Positions 1 to 9,508 are shown, counted from the stretch's first letter. The stretch is 64,000 nucleotides of DNA from Bacillota bacterium (GCA_012719595.1 JAAYAB010000212.1:14677-78676), one strand, 5' to 3'. The notes: generated from the sequence alone by a model not told the origin. A program made the numbers and translations.

Positions 1-780
1 GCACCCGCTCATCGTACACATCGTGTAGACATGACCTACCATGAAGTTGACAACAGCGTCAAAATCGCGGATCGAAACCCTGCCGACATCTCTGCCGACC
101 CATTCGTCAAAGAGCTCGCAGAGGAATCCACCCCATTCCTCCCCTGTTATGCTGTACGGCAAGAGATTGCCCGACTCGTCGAATTCGACGCACGGGATGT
201 ACTGATGGTACAGAATGCCCATGTCGCACAGGTAGTTGTACACTTCCCTTGCTCTGTGGACATTTGCCGAGCTCACCAGCACGAGTGCGTTGAACTCGAC
301 CTTGTTTCGTGTGAGACACTCGATGCCCTCCAGCACCCTTGCGTGCGACCCGGTTCCGTCAGCCCTCTGCCGAAACCGGTCATGGATGTCAGAGGGACCA
401 TCGATACTCACGCCAACGAGGAACTTGTACTTGGAGAGCAAAGCGGCAAACTCGTCATCGACCAGCGTCGCATTGGTCTGAAGCCCGTTCGACACGACTG
501 AACCTCTTGGGCAGTACCGTTCCTCAAGCTCCACGACCTTTCGAAAGAAATCCACGCCCATGAGTGTGGGTTCACCGCCCTGCCATCCAATGGCGTAGCA
601 GCCCTGTCCCGTCGACATGAAGGAGGATATCATCCGTTCGAGGACATCGACGGGCATACGGTGCGTTTTTGAGTCAGGGTAAAGCGTCGACTTCTCGAGG
701 TAGAAGCAGTACTGGCATCTCAGGTTGCAGTCGGCAGAGGCCGGTTTGACGAGCAGAGAAAACGGCTTGGATGCACTCAT
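1..780 (-). CDS. Radical SAM / SPASM-domain maturase, anaerobic sulfatase-maturating enzyme (anSME) family; partial, C-terminus runs off the window start
   Basis: Not in the ORF track (no stop in window). Manual minus-strand translation from ATG at 778-780 gives MSASKPFSLLVKPASADCNLRCQYCFY...WQGGEPTL...LQTNATLVDD...KFLVGVSIDGP...KVEFNALVLV...RVSIRDFD, aligning motif-for-motif with Clostridium anSME (CxxxCxxC cluster plus SPASM region YNYLCDMGI...C). Confidence 0.85.
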   Translation of the reverse strand, partial: MSASKPFSLLVKPASADCNLRCQYCFYLEKSTLYPDSKTHRMPVDVLERMISSFMSTGQGCYAIGWQGGEPTLMGVDFFRKVVELEERYCPRGSVVSNGLQTNATLVDDEFAALLSKYKFLVGVSIDGPSDIHDRFRQRADGTGSHARVLEGIECLTRNKVEFNALVLVSSANVHRAREVYNYLCDMGILYHQYIPCVEFDESGNLLPYSITGEEWGGFLCELFDEWVGRDVGRVSIRDFDAVVNFMVGHVYTMCTMSGC

Positions 781-2418
781 CGAATTACCTCGCAGGATCT
801 GTAGGTACACTATCACTTCGACGCCGTCTGCCGGTTAGCCTCTCTGATCCAGATTTTGAGACGGCTGTCCGCTCAGCTGCTGACAGACCCCGTCGAATCT
901 GCGCCCACGCTGCCCGAATGCCTTCGGTCACCAGACGCCTCTGCTCGTCAGTAAGCTCGTCCAGCAGCATTGGACCCGACGTCAGGCCCACTGTAATGCG
1001 CATTTCACTCACCCCTACACGTCTATGAACCTGGGCAAACCAATAGACTGACACCGGAGGAAATAGGTTGACAGGGGGCTTCGCGGTTGGGTCAGCCACG
1101 ACTTGTAGCCCTGTATGCACGGGTCTCAACAGACGAACAGGCCAGAGAGGGCCAGTCGCTTGCGACGCAGATCTCGAGACTGTCGCACTACGCGTCATCG
1201 CGCGGATATGACAACGTACGAGTGTTCGTGGACGATGGATACTCAGCCAAGAACATGAACAGGCCTGCGCTGAGCGAACTGCTGTCTCTCGTCAGGGAGG
1301 GCCGAGTCGAAGCAGTATGCACTATGGCTATAGACAGGCTGTCACGCAATCTCCTTGACATGCTGAAGTTCATTGAACTGTGTGAGCAGCACAACACGTC
1401 TTTCATATGCACGGCGTTGAACTTCGACACGTCGTCGCCGATCGGCCGCATGACTCTTCAGATGCTGGCCGCCTTTGCGGAGTTCGAACGATCGATGATA
1501 GCCTCGCGAGTCAAATCGAACATGCACGAGATCGTGAGACAGAAGCGCAGGTTTCTGTCCAGTCCGCCGTTCGGCTATGAACTCGGCAGCGACGGAACGC
1601 TCAGGATAGTGGAGCCGGAGGCTCACTGGGTCAGAGCCGCGGCAGACCTGTACCTGGGCGGCCGGGGATACAGAGAGATCGCTCGGTGGCTGAACGAGTG
1701 TGGAGCGCCTCCAACACGAAGGGGCAACCCGTGGTCACCCTCATCTGTCAAGGCGATGCTTGCAAACAGAACATACACGGGAACCGTGGTCTGGGGAAGG
1801 CGCTGCACGGATTCCAAAGGCAGAGTCGCATGGAAAGCCGAAGACGAATGGACTGTCGCACACGACGCGCACGCGCCCATAATCGACCATGAGAAATGGA
1901 ATGCAATCGTTGAGAGAATGCAGGCGAGGCGCAACAGGGGCGGCATTCACCGGTCCCGCTCGAGGCTCGCCGGGCTGGTGCAGTGCGGGCACTGCGGGTC
2001 CAAAATGGTCTCGCGAATCTACGGCAACCGCGGGCCTAACAGAGGCCGGCGGATATATGTCTGCTCAGGGTATCAAAAGAAGGGAACATGCCGCTTCAAC
2101 TACATCTTCGCCGACATCCTGGAGGCTGAAGTGCTGAAGTGTCTGTCGGCCGCCAGCCCGGACCTGCCCGGCCCCAATCCGCCGGGACGCGGCGCTCACT
2201 GTGAGGCCGCGCCGCAAGTTGGCAAGAGAGCGGGAAATGCCACACAACGCCGAGACTCGAGTTCTCCCGTGCCCGGGTTCCTCTCCTGGCTGTGGAACGA
2301 AGCGGATATCAAGACGCTGCATCGATTCCTGGAGCTGGTCCTGGAATGCTGTGTGGTAACAGATCGACAGCTGGAAGAAGTGAGGATCTCGTCCCGGCTC
2401 ATATCACCGAAACGCAAT
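1..2418. mobile_element. Right-hand end of an intervening (skin-like) element inserted into a spoVK-like gene; carries a serine recombinase and radical-SAM cargo; left boundary lies outside the window
   Basis: Recombinase gene abuts the break in the spoVK-like reading frame at ~2418. Cargo genes are unrelated to the flanking core synteny (hfq-miaA-mutL...). The host gene is broken inside its Walker A codons. Confidence 0.6.
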
Positions 2419-2433
2419 CAGGATTGCCTCTAA
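1087..2433 (+). CDS. Large serine recombinase (resolvase/invertase N-terminal catalytic domain + recombinase domain + zinc ribbon), SpoIVCA/phage-integrase type
   Basis: VALYARVSTDEQ catalytic-Ser motif at N-terminus; CGHCGSKM...YVCSGY zinc-ribbon in the C-terminal half. TTG start at 1087 preceded by AGGGGG RBS 8 nt upstream; in-frame TGA at 1069-1071 rules out a longer N-terminus. Confidence 0.85.
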   Translation: MGQPRLVALYARVSTDEQAREGQSLATQISRLSHYASSRGYDNVRVFVDDGYSAKNMNRPALSELLSLVREGRVEAVCTMAIDRLSRNLLDMLKFIELCEQHNTSFICTALNFDTSSPIGRMTLQMLAAFAEFERSMIASRVKSNMHEIVRQKRRFLSSPPFGYELGSDGTLRIVEPEAHWVRAAADLYLGGRGYREIARWLNECGAPPTRRGNPWSPSSVKAMLANRTYTGTVVWGRRCTDSKGRVAWKAEDEWTVAHDAHAPIIDHEKWNAIVERMQARRNRGGIHRSRSRLAGLVQCGHCGSKMVSRIYGNRGPNRGRRIYVCSGYQKKGTCRFNYIFADILEAEVLKCLSAASPDLPGPNPPGRGAHCEAAPQVGKRAGNATQRRDSSSPVPGFLSWLWNEADIKTLHRFLELVLECCVVTDRQLEEVRISSRLISPKRNQDCL

Positions 2434-2758
2434 AGACCATATGGAGCACCTGCGGCTCAGACAGCAGCTGGGCCTCTCTGCGCAATCGCTGCACCTCGAC
2501 AAAGGCATAGATCTCCTGGACCGTTTTCTTGACCTTGTTCAGCCCAACGAGTTCATCGAGTTCGTCCATCACCCGTCTGATTCTCTGATTCCTGTGCTCT
2601 TCATCCATAGCCAGCTTCAGCGCAGGAGCACTGCTCGTCCGCATGAACTCGACGACCTGCGCAGGGGACACTGTTCCCGTCTCAAGGAAGCGAAAGACAT
2701 CATCTCTGCTGTCTGTCAAGACCATCGACATGCCGTCACGACACCCCCAATGCAGCAT
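2399..2758 (-). CDS. spoVK: 5' segment (N-terminal ~113 aa) of a SpoVK/CbxX-family AAA+ ATPase gene, split at the Walker A motif by the inserted element
   Basis: ...DELDELVGLNKVKKTVQEIYAFVEVQRLRREAQLLSEPQVLHMVFRGNP matches SpoVK (..LIGL..VK..V.E....V.....R...GL.....LHMIFKGNPGTGKTT) up to the G of the P-loop, then terminates. Located immediately downstream of hfq. None of the other two minus frames downstream encodes the missing GTGKT. Confidence 0.7.
   Translation of the reverse strand: MLHWGCRDGMSMVLTDSRDDVFRFLETGTVSPAQVVEFMRTSSAPALKLAMDEEHRNQRIRRVMDELDELVGLNKVKKTVQEIYAFVEVQRLRREAQLLSEPQVLHMVFRGNPDCVSVI
2410..2426. other. Element/host junction (putative attR-type crossover region) inside the recombinase 3' end and the Walker A codons of the host AAA+ gene
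   Basis: Minus-strand host frame reads ...LHMVFRGNP then DCVSVI-stop instead of the GTGKTT expected for this family. Identity to the expected codons is lost after the first nucleotide of the Gly codon (~2418). The last ~5 codons of the recombinase are encoded by host-side DNA. Confidence 0.5.
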
Positions 2759-2820
2759 CGGTGCATTTTATGCTCGAACCGCAGGCGGTGTGACAATGGC
2801 ACGGTTCTGTGGAAGACACA

Positions 2821-3114
2821 TCAACTCTCGTCCCCGGTGGAGGCAGGCGCCTCTCCTCCTTGCGGCGAGCGTTCGCAGTGCGATGCGCGCATGTGGTCGC
2901 ACGGCGATGCCAGCGATATCGTGGACACCGCGTGTTTGTAGACCAGATGTTGCTTTCCGTCGGACTCTAGCACGATCGTGAAGTTGTCGAAGCCGCGCAC
3001 GATCCCTCTCAGCTTGCAACCATTCACCAGGAATACCGTTACCATCGACGATTCTTTCCGCACCTGGTTCAGGAATCCATCTTGGAGGTTGATCTGCGCC
3101 TTCCCAGAAGTCAT
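2821..3114 (-). CDS. hfq: RNA chaperone Hfq
   Basis: [59 protein letters not shown] is a canonical Sm fold. Start taken at the internal ATG ([11 protein letters not shown]), not the longer track ORF. Confidence 0.9.
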   Translation of the reverse strand: MTSGKAQINLQDGFLNQVRKESSMVTVFLVNGCKLRGIVRGFDNFTIVLESDGKQHLVYKHAVSTISLASPCDHMRASHCERSPQGGEAPASTGDES

Positions 3115-3194
3115 TGCATTCGCTCCTCGTTCAGCCGGCCTCTGGCGGACACAATACCTGCTGTGAATGCGCGCGTCGGCCCGCTGGTGTTGTT

Positions 3195-4148
3195 TCAACA
3201 TTCTATCGGGTTCTGGAGAATTCCTTCCACTACCTCCCTCAGCCTTCGTGTTGCGGCCTTTCGCTCGCTATTGGTCGTCGCAGGAAGCCACTCGACCGCA
3301 TCCTTGCGCCTGAACCACGTGAGCTGGCGTTTTGCATACCGCCTTGTATTCCTCTTGAGCGTCTCTATCGCCTCAGGCAACGACACCTTGCCCTCGAGAT
3401 AGCCAATGATCTCCTTATAGCCTATCGCCTGTCTCGCTGTTGCCAGGCTGTCTCCGTAACGCTCAAGCAGATAGGCCACCTCGCCGATCAGCCCATTGGC
3501 GATCTGGCTGTCCACTCGATCGTCGATGCGGCGGTAGAGGTGGTCACGCTCTACGTCGAGGGCGAAGATCGTCGAAGCGTACCGAGGCTCACCCCTTCGC
3601 ATGAGCTCGCTCATAGGTCTGCCGGTGATGGTGTAAACCTCGAGCGCGCGGATGATCCGCCTCACGTCATTTGGGTGCACGCGTTCAGCGGAATCCGGAT
3701 CCACGCTGAGCAGCTCCCGATACAGCGTATCGGTCCCTTCCATGCGGGCGCGCTGCATGAGGTTCGTTCGCACCCTGTGCTCCTCGTCCTCTGCGGGGAG
3801 GTCGAACGACAGCAGCAGGGCATCTATGTAGAACCCTGTCCCCCCTACTATCAGGGGCAGGTTCCCACTCGCGCGGATGCCGGCAATCGCCTCCGTCGCG
3901 AGTCTCTGGTAGTCTGACACTGTGAACCTGCGGTTCGGCTCGCAGACGTCGATCAGATGGTGGCGGACTTCGCGTTGCTCAGCCCGCGAGGGCTTCGCGG
4001 TGCCGATGTCCATGTGCCTGTAGACTTGCATAGAGTCTGCAGACACAATCTCTGCTCCACACAACCGAGCGATTTCCATCGCCATCTCAGACTTGCCGGA
4101 CGCAGTCGGGCCAGTCAGCACGACTACCGGCGGCTTTCCGGTGCTCAT
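3195..4148 (-). CDS. miaA: tRNA dimethylallyltransferase MiaA
   Basis: [14 protein letters not shown]-loop, ...[13 protein letters not shown]; conserved miaA-hfq linkage. Start at [11 protein letters not shown]. Confidence 0.9.
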   Translation of the reverse strand: MSTGKPPVVVLTGPTASGKSEMAMEIARLCGAEIVSADSMQVYRHMDIGTAKPSRAEQREVRHHLIDVCEPNRRFTVSDYQRLATEAIAGIRASGNLPLIVGGTGFYIDALLLSFDLPAEDEEHRVRTNLMQRARMEGTDTLYRELLSVDPDSAERVHPNDVRRIIRALEVYTITGRPMSELMRRGEPRYASTIFALDVERDHLYRRIDDRVDSQIANGLIGEVAYLLERYGDSLATARQAIGYKEIIGYLEGKVSLPEAIETLKRNTRRYAKRQLTWFRRKDAVEWLPATTNSERKAATRRLREVVEGILQNPIEC

Positions 4149-4200
4149 CGAACGTCTTTCACACCTCATCGACGGCCAGTAATAGTCCGGCCGCTCGGAC

Positions 4201-4992
4201 TCAGAGCTCTATTACTCCAAAACAGACCTTCTTGCCGGGTGACTTCACAGTGAACCCAAGGCTGCGCAGCCTGTCTCCCGGCGACCGGTCTTTCATGACC
4301 ACGCACCGCCGTGCCACCCTTGCGGCTTCCTTGATGTCTTCAGCTCCTGGGCTGCCCTCTACTCCAGTGATTCTGACCAGATCAAGGCCGGTCGAATCCG
4401 CATAGGTCACATCAAACATCGGGTCGAAGTACACGACATCGTATTCGCTATCGCCCGCTGAACGCAGGAAATCCTGGTACCGTGCGTTGATTACCTTGAC
4501 CCTTCTCATCGCCTGGACCAGCTCATCGAGCGGGTCTTCATAGGTCTGCATGCCGATCGACACGATTGCCGCCAGGAGTGCAGAGGCCTCTAGCGCATGG
4601 ACTGCGCCCGACTGCCCTACCGCGAACGAAGCCACTGTTGCATCGGCCGCCAGCCCGCATGTGCAATCGAGCACGCGGTCGCCAGCGAGAAGTTGCATCA
4701 CGGACACCATCCGGTCGCGGTTTCCCCGGCTGAGTTGAATGACTCTCAGCTTGGCCGCGTTCGGATGGAACTTCAGGCTCGAACCGCCCACTCGAACCGC
4801 CAGTCCGTCCGCCTCGACCACTATGGCGGCAGTCCCACGAGCAATCGTGTCGACCAGGCCGCGGCTTCTTCGATAGACGAGCGGCAAGCCCAGTCTGGCC
4901 GCGAGGTCCTGGGCCAGTGACTTCATCTGACTTGTGGGTGACAGCGAAGTCGTCACCACGAAATCGATCTCAGGCAAGGGCGCAAAGTTCAC
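4201..4992 (-). CDS. Class I SAM-dependent methyltransferase, RsmJ (DUF548)-like
   Basis: VLDCTCGLAADATVASFAVG and VVYFDPMF resemble RsmJ/YhiQ VVDATAGLGRDAFVLASVG and VVYLDPMF. Confidence 0.55.
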   Translation of the reverse strand: MNFAPLPEIDFVVTTSLSPTSQMKSLAQDLAARLGLPLVYRRSRGLVDTIARGTAAIVVEADGLAVRVGGSSLKFHPNAAKLRVIQLSRGNRDRMVSVMQLLAGDRVLDCTCGLAADATVASFAVGQSGAVHALEASALLAAIVSIGMQTYEDPLDELVQAMRRVKVINARYQDFLRSAGDSEYDVVYFDPMFDVTYADSTGLDLVRITGVEGSPGAEDIKEAARVARRCVVMKDRSPGDRLRSLGFTVKSPGKKVCFGVIEL

Positions 4993-6863
4993 CTCCTGCC
5001 GAAGCGCCTCTCAACGTCGCTCCTGGTGTAGCTGATGACCACAGGCCTTCCATGAGGACAGTAGAGCGACGTTGCTTTGGTGAGGAGGTCGTCCACTAGG
5101 CGGACCATCTCGTCTTGAGACAGTGTCTGATTGGCCCTGAGCGCGGTCTTGCACGCAACCCGCGCGATCAGCCCTGCCGCAAGGTCAACCGAGAGATCGC
5201 CAGGGTCGGCGATCAGGGACTCATCGCCCAGCGCCGAGAGCACCTCCCTCAGAGCATCCTCGCAGTCAGCGTCCTTCAGAACTGACGGGGTGCCGCGGAC
5301 CAAGTAGGTTCTCATGCCGAAGGGCTCGAGTCTGAATCCGAGCCGTTCGAGCGTCCCCCTGTTTTCGTCGAGCGTCTTGGCGTCGGCAGGAGAGAGGATC
5401 AACGTATCCGGCAACAGGACTTCCTCGGAACTCAGACTGCCCGACTTGAGTTCGGCAGCTAGGCTGTCACACAAGAGTCTTTCCATTGCAGCGTGCTGGT
5501 CGACCAGAAACAAGGCGTCGTCTGAGGCGACCACGATGTACGAAGTCCAGAGCTGGCCGACGATCGTGTACTGCATGCGAGAAGCCAGCAGCGCGCCCGA
5601 ACCATCTGAGGCAAAGAGGTCGGGAACTGCGGCTGCAGCTTGCTTGCCCGCGGCGGCATCGGCATGCCGCTGACCGTACGAGGTAATGATTTCAGGGCCG
5701 TCCGCCGTGAACAGACTCTCAGGCCTCGAGCCGGCCCGCGCTCGACTGAACTCTGATGGCCGAGTGCGCCGGTCGTCAGAGCCCCCGGTGTGCAAACCCT
5801 CCGAGCTGTCCGTACGCCGAACCGCCGAACCACCCTGGTGTCTGACCTCCGAACTGCCTGGCTGGGTGACCTCGCTCGATCTGACGGCAGAGGCGATCGA
5901 CCTCGTAATCAGGTTGAAGAACTCCTGCTCTCCGGAGAACCTGACTTCTGTCTTCGCCGGGTGAACGTTGACATCGATCCTCTCAGGCTCCGTCGTGACC
6001 ACGACGACGCCCACCGGATAGCGTCCTTTGGGCATTGCGGACCCATAGGCTTTGACTGCGGCAGCAATGAGCAGGCCGCTGCTGACGGGCCGCCCGTTCA
6101 CTATGAGGTATAGGTCGCGCCTGCTCGATCGGGCAACTGACGGATTGCTCACGTAGCCGTGCACCGACAGCCCGGGAGCGCCGCCCGCGAACTTGACTAG
6201 TGATTTCGCTAGCTCTATGCCTATTATCTCTCCGAGTGTCTGGAGCAAGTCGCCTGACCCAGAAGTGAACAAGAGACGCCGGCCGTCAGACTCCAGAGTG
6301 AACGCAATCTCAGGATGCCCAAGCGCCTCGGCGGTCACCACTTCGATCACCCGCCTGGTTTCAGTGCCCGGGCTCTTCAGGTACTTGCGTCTGGCAGGGG
6401 TGTTGTAGAAGAGATCCTTGACAATGACCGAGGTCCCTGGAGCTGCAGGATGGTCTGCGGCAACAGGCTGCTTCCCCGCCTCGACGGCGATCCGGGTGCC
6501 GCCTGTCGAGCCCGCTTCCCTGGTGATCATGGTCAATTTGGAGACGGCTGCTATGCTTGGGAGGGCTTCGCCTCTGAACCCGAGCGTCGCGACACGGAAT
6601 ATATCGTCCGAACTGCGAATCTTGCTCGTGGCATGCCGCTCTAGCGCCAGCAGCGCGTCCTCGCGGCCCATCCCTATCCCGTCGTCGACGACAGAGATGT
6701 TTCGCAATCCCCCGTCCTCAATCGATACGCTGATCCTTCTGGCCTCGGCATCAATCGAGTTCTCCACGAGCTCTTTGACCACTGACGAGGGACGCTCGAC
6801 AACCTCTCCTGCTGCTATCTTGTTGATCGTGACTTCGTCGAGGATCATCACGCGTCGCGGCAT
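4989..6863 (-). CDS. mutL: DNA mismatch repair protein MutL
   Basis: N-terminal GHKL ATPase motifs (ILDEVTINKIAAGEVVERPSSVVKELVENSIDA); 624 aa; downstream of mutS. Confidence 0.95.
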   Translation of the reverse strand: MPRRVMILDEVTINKIAAGEVVERPSSVVKELVENSIDAEARRISVSIEDGGLRNISVVDDGIGMGREDALLALERHATSKIRSSDDIFRVATLGFRGEALPSIAAVSKLTMITREAGSTGGTRIAVEAGKQPVAADHPAAPGTSVIVKDLFYNTPARRKYLKSPGTETRRVIEVVTAEALGHPEIAFTLESDGRRLLFTSGSGDLLQTLGEIIGIELAKSLVKFAGGAPGLSVHGYVSNPSVARSSRRDLYLIVNGRPVSSGLLIAAAVKAYGSAMPKGRYPVGVVVVTTEPERIDVNVHPAKTEVRFSGEQEFFNLITRSIASAVRSSEVTQPGSSEVRHQGGSAVRRTDSSEGLHTGGSDDRRTRPSEFSRARAGSRPESLFTADGPEIITSYGQRHADAAAGKQAAAAVPDLFASDGSGALLASRMQYTIVGQLWTSYIVVASDDALFLVDQHAAMERLLCDSLAAELKSGSLSSEEVLLPDTLILSPADAKTLDENRGTLERLGFRLEPFGMRTYLVRGTPSVLKDADCEDALREVLSALGDESLIADPGDLSVDLAAGLIARVACKTALRANQTLSQDEMVRLVDDLLTKATSLYCPHGRPVVISYTRSDVERRFGRR

Positions 6864-9508
6864 AGGCGCACCTCCTCCCTGGCCCGTTCTGACAGGCTGT
6901 GCAGGACCGACAGCGCCTGCAGCGGCGTCATCGAGTCGCAGTCGACCGCAGCCAAGTCATCTAGGAGACTGCTCACGGCTGCGTCGAACAGCGACGGAGT
7001 TGTCACGCTGCTCGCTGTCCTGCGGCCGGGCGATCGCGAGGCCGAAAACTCTGCGATGACCGCAGAGTCGACCACGCGCTTCTGCGATCGGCTTTCTATG
7101 GCCGACTGGATCTGTCTTGCGCGGGTAATGACAGACCTCGGAAGGCCGGCGAGCCTCGCAACCTCTATGCCATAGCTCTTGTCCGCCCCGCCTTCCACAA
7201 TCCGCCTGAGAAAGACCACTCTGTCTCCTTCCTCGGAGACATCCACTCTGTAGTTCTTGACCCGCTTGTACATCGACTCAAGGTCGGTCAGCTCATGGTA
7301 ATGCGTTGCAAACAGCGTCTTGGGTGCCATGCCCCTCTTCTCGTGAAGGTACTCGACCACCGCCCAGGCGATCGCAATTCCGTCGTAGGTGCTGGTTCCC
7401 CGTCCGACCTCGTCCAGTATGATGAGGCTTCGAGTGGACGCATGATTGAGGATGACCGACACTTCGCTCATCTCGACCATGAATGTGCTCTTGCCTGAAG
7501 CGAGGTCATCGGATGCACCGATGCGAGTGAAGATCCGGTCCACAATCCCGATCGACGCGGACTCTGCCGGCACGAAGCTCCCCATCTGAGCCATGATAGT
7601 GATGAGCGCGACCTGTCTCAAGTATGTGGACTTGCCCGACATGTTGGGTCCGGTTATGATCAGGATCTGATCTGAGTCCGGATCCATCTTCGTGTCGTTC
7701 GGCACGAAGCCGCCCTCTATTCCCATGGTTTCCACGACTGGGTGGCGCCCGCCGGTGATGTGCAAGCCGAGACCGGAGTGGACTTCCGGCCGGCGATAGT
7801 CTCGCTCAACCGCGACTCTGGCTAGTGAGACGATTGAGTCTGCGCAGCCGAGGGCCTCAGCTGTGCTCTTGATCCTGTCGGAACATGCTGAAACCTTGTC
7901 GAGCAGCTCATTGAACAGGGACACCTCGAGCTCCAGACTGCGCTCTTCGGCTGAGAGAATGCGCTCTTCTCGCTCCTCTAGGCTTGGAGTGATGAAGCGC
8001 TCGGCGTTTGCAAGTGTCTGTTTGCGAATGTAGTCATCGGGGACGAGGTTCAGATTGGCGCGCGTCACCTCGATGTAGTACCCGAACACCTGGTTGTAGC
8101 CGACTCTCAGAGACTTGATCCCCGTGCGCGCTCTCTCGGTCTGCTCTAGCTGGGCAATCCATCGCTTGCCCGAGTCCCTCAGCTCCTTGAGTTCATCGAG
8201 CTCGCTGCAGTAGCCCTCTCGTATGACGCCACCCTCTCTCAGCGACGCGGGGGGGTCGTCGACAAGGGCTCGTGAAATCAGTCCGACCAGATCTTCGAAC
8301 AGGTCTATCCTGTCGCACAACTCAGTCATCAGAGTGCTTTCGCAGCGGGAGAGGTTGTCCTTAACGCCGCCGAGCTTGGACAGAGACCACTTCAGCGACA
8401 CCAGGTCTCTGGGCGTCGCAGTCCTCATGACGACCCGGCCGCAGATCCTCTCGAGGTCCTGGATGCCCTTTAGGGACTCAGCAAGCCCTTCCCGGAGGAA
8501 CAAATCCAGCGTGAGCTCCTCGACTGCGTCCAGGCGTCTTGAGATCTGCTCCACGGACATCAGAGGCTGTTCAAGCCACTGCCTAAGAGTCCTGCCTCCC
8601 ATGGCAGTCTCGGTCTTGTCGATGACTGAGAGGAGGGTCCCCTTGCGCTGGCCGTCGCTGAGGGAGGCCGTCAATTCGAGGTTTCTCCGAGCCACCCTGT
8701 CCAGGCTCATGAATTGAGACAGGCTGCGAGTCACCATAGAGTTGACGTGCTGCAGATTGGTTCTCTCCATGTCCGAAACGTAGGCAAGGAGCGCGCCTGC
8801 AGCCTGGACCGCTCTCGGGAGACCTTCGCATCCGAATTGCGATAGATCGGCTGTGCCGAAGTGCTGACACAGTCTCTGAAAGCACGCGTCTCTGTCGAAA
8901 CTCGAAGGGTCGAGCTTCGTCAGAACCGCGCTGGGGACTTCCTGTGCGAGCGTCCCTCGTACGAAGTTGGTCTCGGATGAGTCCTCAATCAAGATCTCAC
9001 TCGGCTGAATCCTGAAGATCTCGCTGTACAGCTCAGATTCGTCCTCCACCTGCGAGGTGTAGAACTCGCCCGTGGTTATGTCCATCCAGGACAGGCCGAA
9101 TGCGTCAGATCCAACGCACACGGCAGCGATGTAGTTGTTCTCAAATGTGTCGAGCATGTCTTCGTCAATGACCGTGCCCGGCGTCACAACGCGGATGACC
9201 TGCCGTTTGACAAGGCCCTTTGCCTTGCTCGGGTCCTCCATCTGCTCGCACACTGCGACCCTGAAGCCCTGACGGACGAGTTTGGCGATGTAGCTCGACG
9301 CCGCATGGTATGGTACCCCGCACATGGGAATGCGGCGGTCCTTCCCGGCCTCCCTCGACGTCAGGACGATGTCCAGCGCCTGGCTGGCGATCTTCGCATC
9401 GTCGCCGAACATCTCGTAGAAATCGCCCAGTCTAAAGAACAGGATGCAGTCCTTGTACTCGTTCTTTATGTCGAAGTACTGCTGCAGCATAGGGGTAGGT
9501 TTAGTCAT
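6848..9508 (-). CDS. mutS: DNA mismatch repair protein MutS
   Basis: MLQQYFDIKNEYKDCILFFRLGDFYEMF N-terminus; Walker A GPNMSGKSTYLRQVAL. Start at MTKPTPMLQQY, 73 codons inside the track ORF; coordinate ±1. Confidence 0.95.
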   Translation of the reverse strand: MTKPTPMLQQYFDIKNEYKDCILFFRLGDFYEMFGDDAKIASQALDIVLTSREAGKDRRIPMCGVPYHAASSYIAKLVRQGFRVAVCEQMEDPSKAKGLVKRQVIRVVTPGTVIDEDMLDTFENNYIAAVCVGSDAFGLSWMDITTGEFYTSQVEDESELYSEIFRIQPSEILIEDSSETNFVRGTLAQEVPSAVLTKLDPSSFDRDACFQRLCQHFGTADLSQFGCEGLPRAVQAAGALLAYVSDMERTNLQHVNSMVTRSLSQFMSLDRVARRNLELTASLSDGQRKGTLLSVIDKTETAMGGRTLRQWLEQPLMSVEQISRRLDAVEELTLDLFLREGLAESLKGIQDLERICGRVVMRTATPRDLVSLKWSLSKLGGVKDNLSRCESTLMTELCDRIDLFEDLVGLISRALVDDPPASLREGGVIREGYCSELDELKELRDSGKRWIAQLEQTERARTGIKSLRVGYNQVFGYYIEVTRANLNLVPDDYIRKQTLANAERFITPSLEEREERILSAEERSLELEVSLFNELLDKVSACSDRIKSTAEALGCADSIVSLARVAVERDYRRPEVHSGLGLHITGGRHPVVETMGIEGGFVPNDTKMDPDSDQILIITGPNMSGKSTYLRQVALITIMAQMGSFVPAESASIGIVDRIFTRIGASDDLASGKSTFMVEMSEVSVILNHASTRSLIILDEVGRGTSTYDGIAIAWAVVEYLHEKRGMAPKTLFATHYHELTDLESMYKRVKNYRVDVSEEGDRVVFLRRIVEGGADKSYGIEVARLAGLPRSVITRARQIQSAIESRSQKRVVDSAVIAEFSASRSPGRRTASSVTTPSLFDAAVSSLLDDLAAVDCDSMTPLQALSVLHSLSERAREEVRLCRDA

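Noticed and set aside
31-501. 156-aa plus-strand ORF at the window start
   Set aside because: Antisense to the anSME-like radical SAM gene, which has unmistakable family motifs on the minus strand. The plus-strand translation has no recognisable features.
2341-2420. Possibility that the spoVK-like gene is merely frameshifted rather than interrupted
   Set aside because: All three minus-strand frames downstream of the break were translated. None encodes the GTGKTT(V/L)AR continuation or any AAA+ sequence; the downstream DNA encodes the recombinase C-terminus on the opposite strand.
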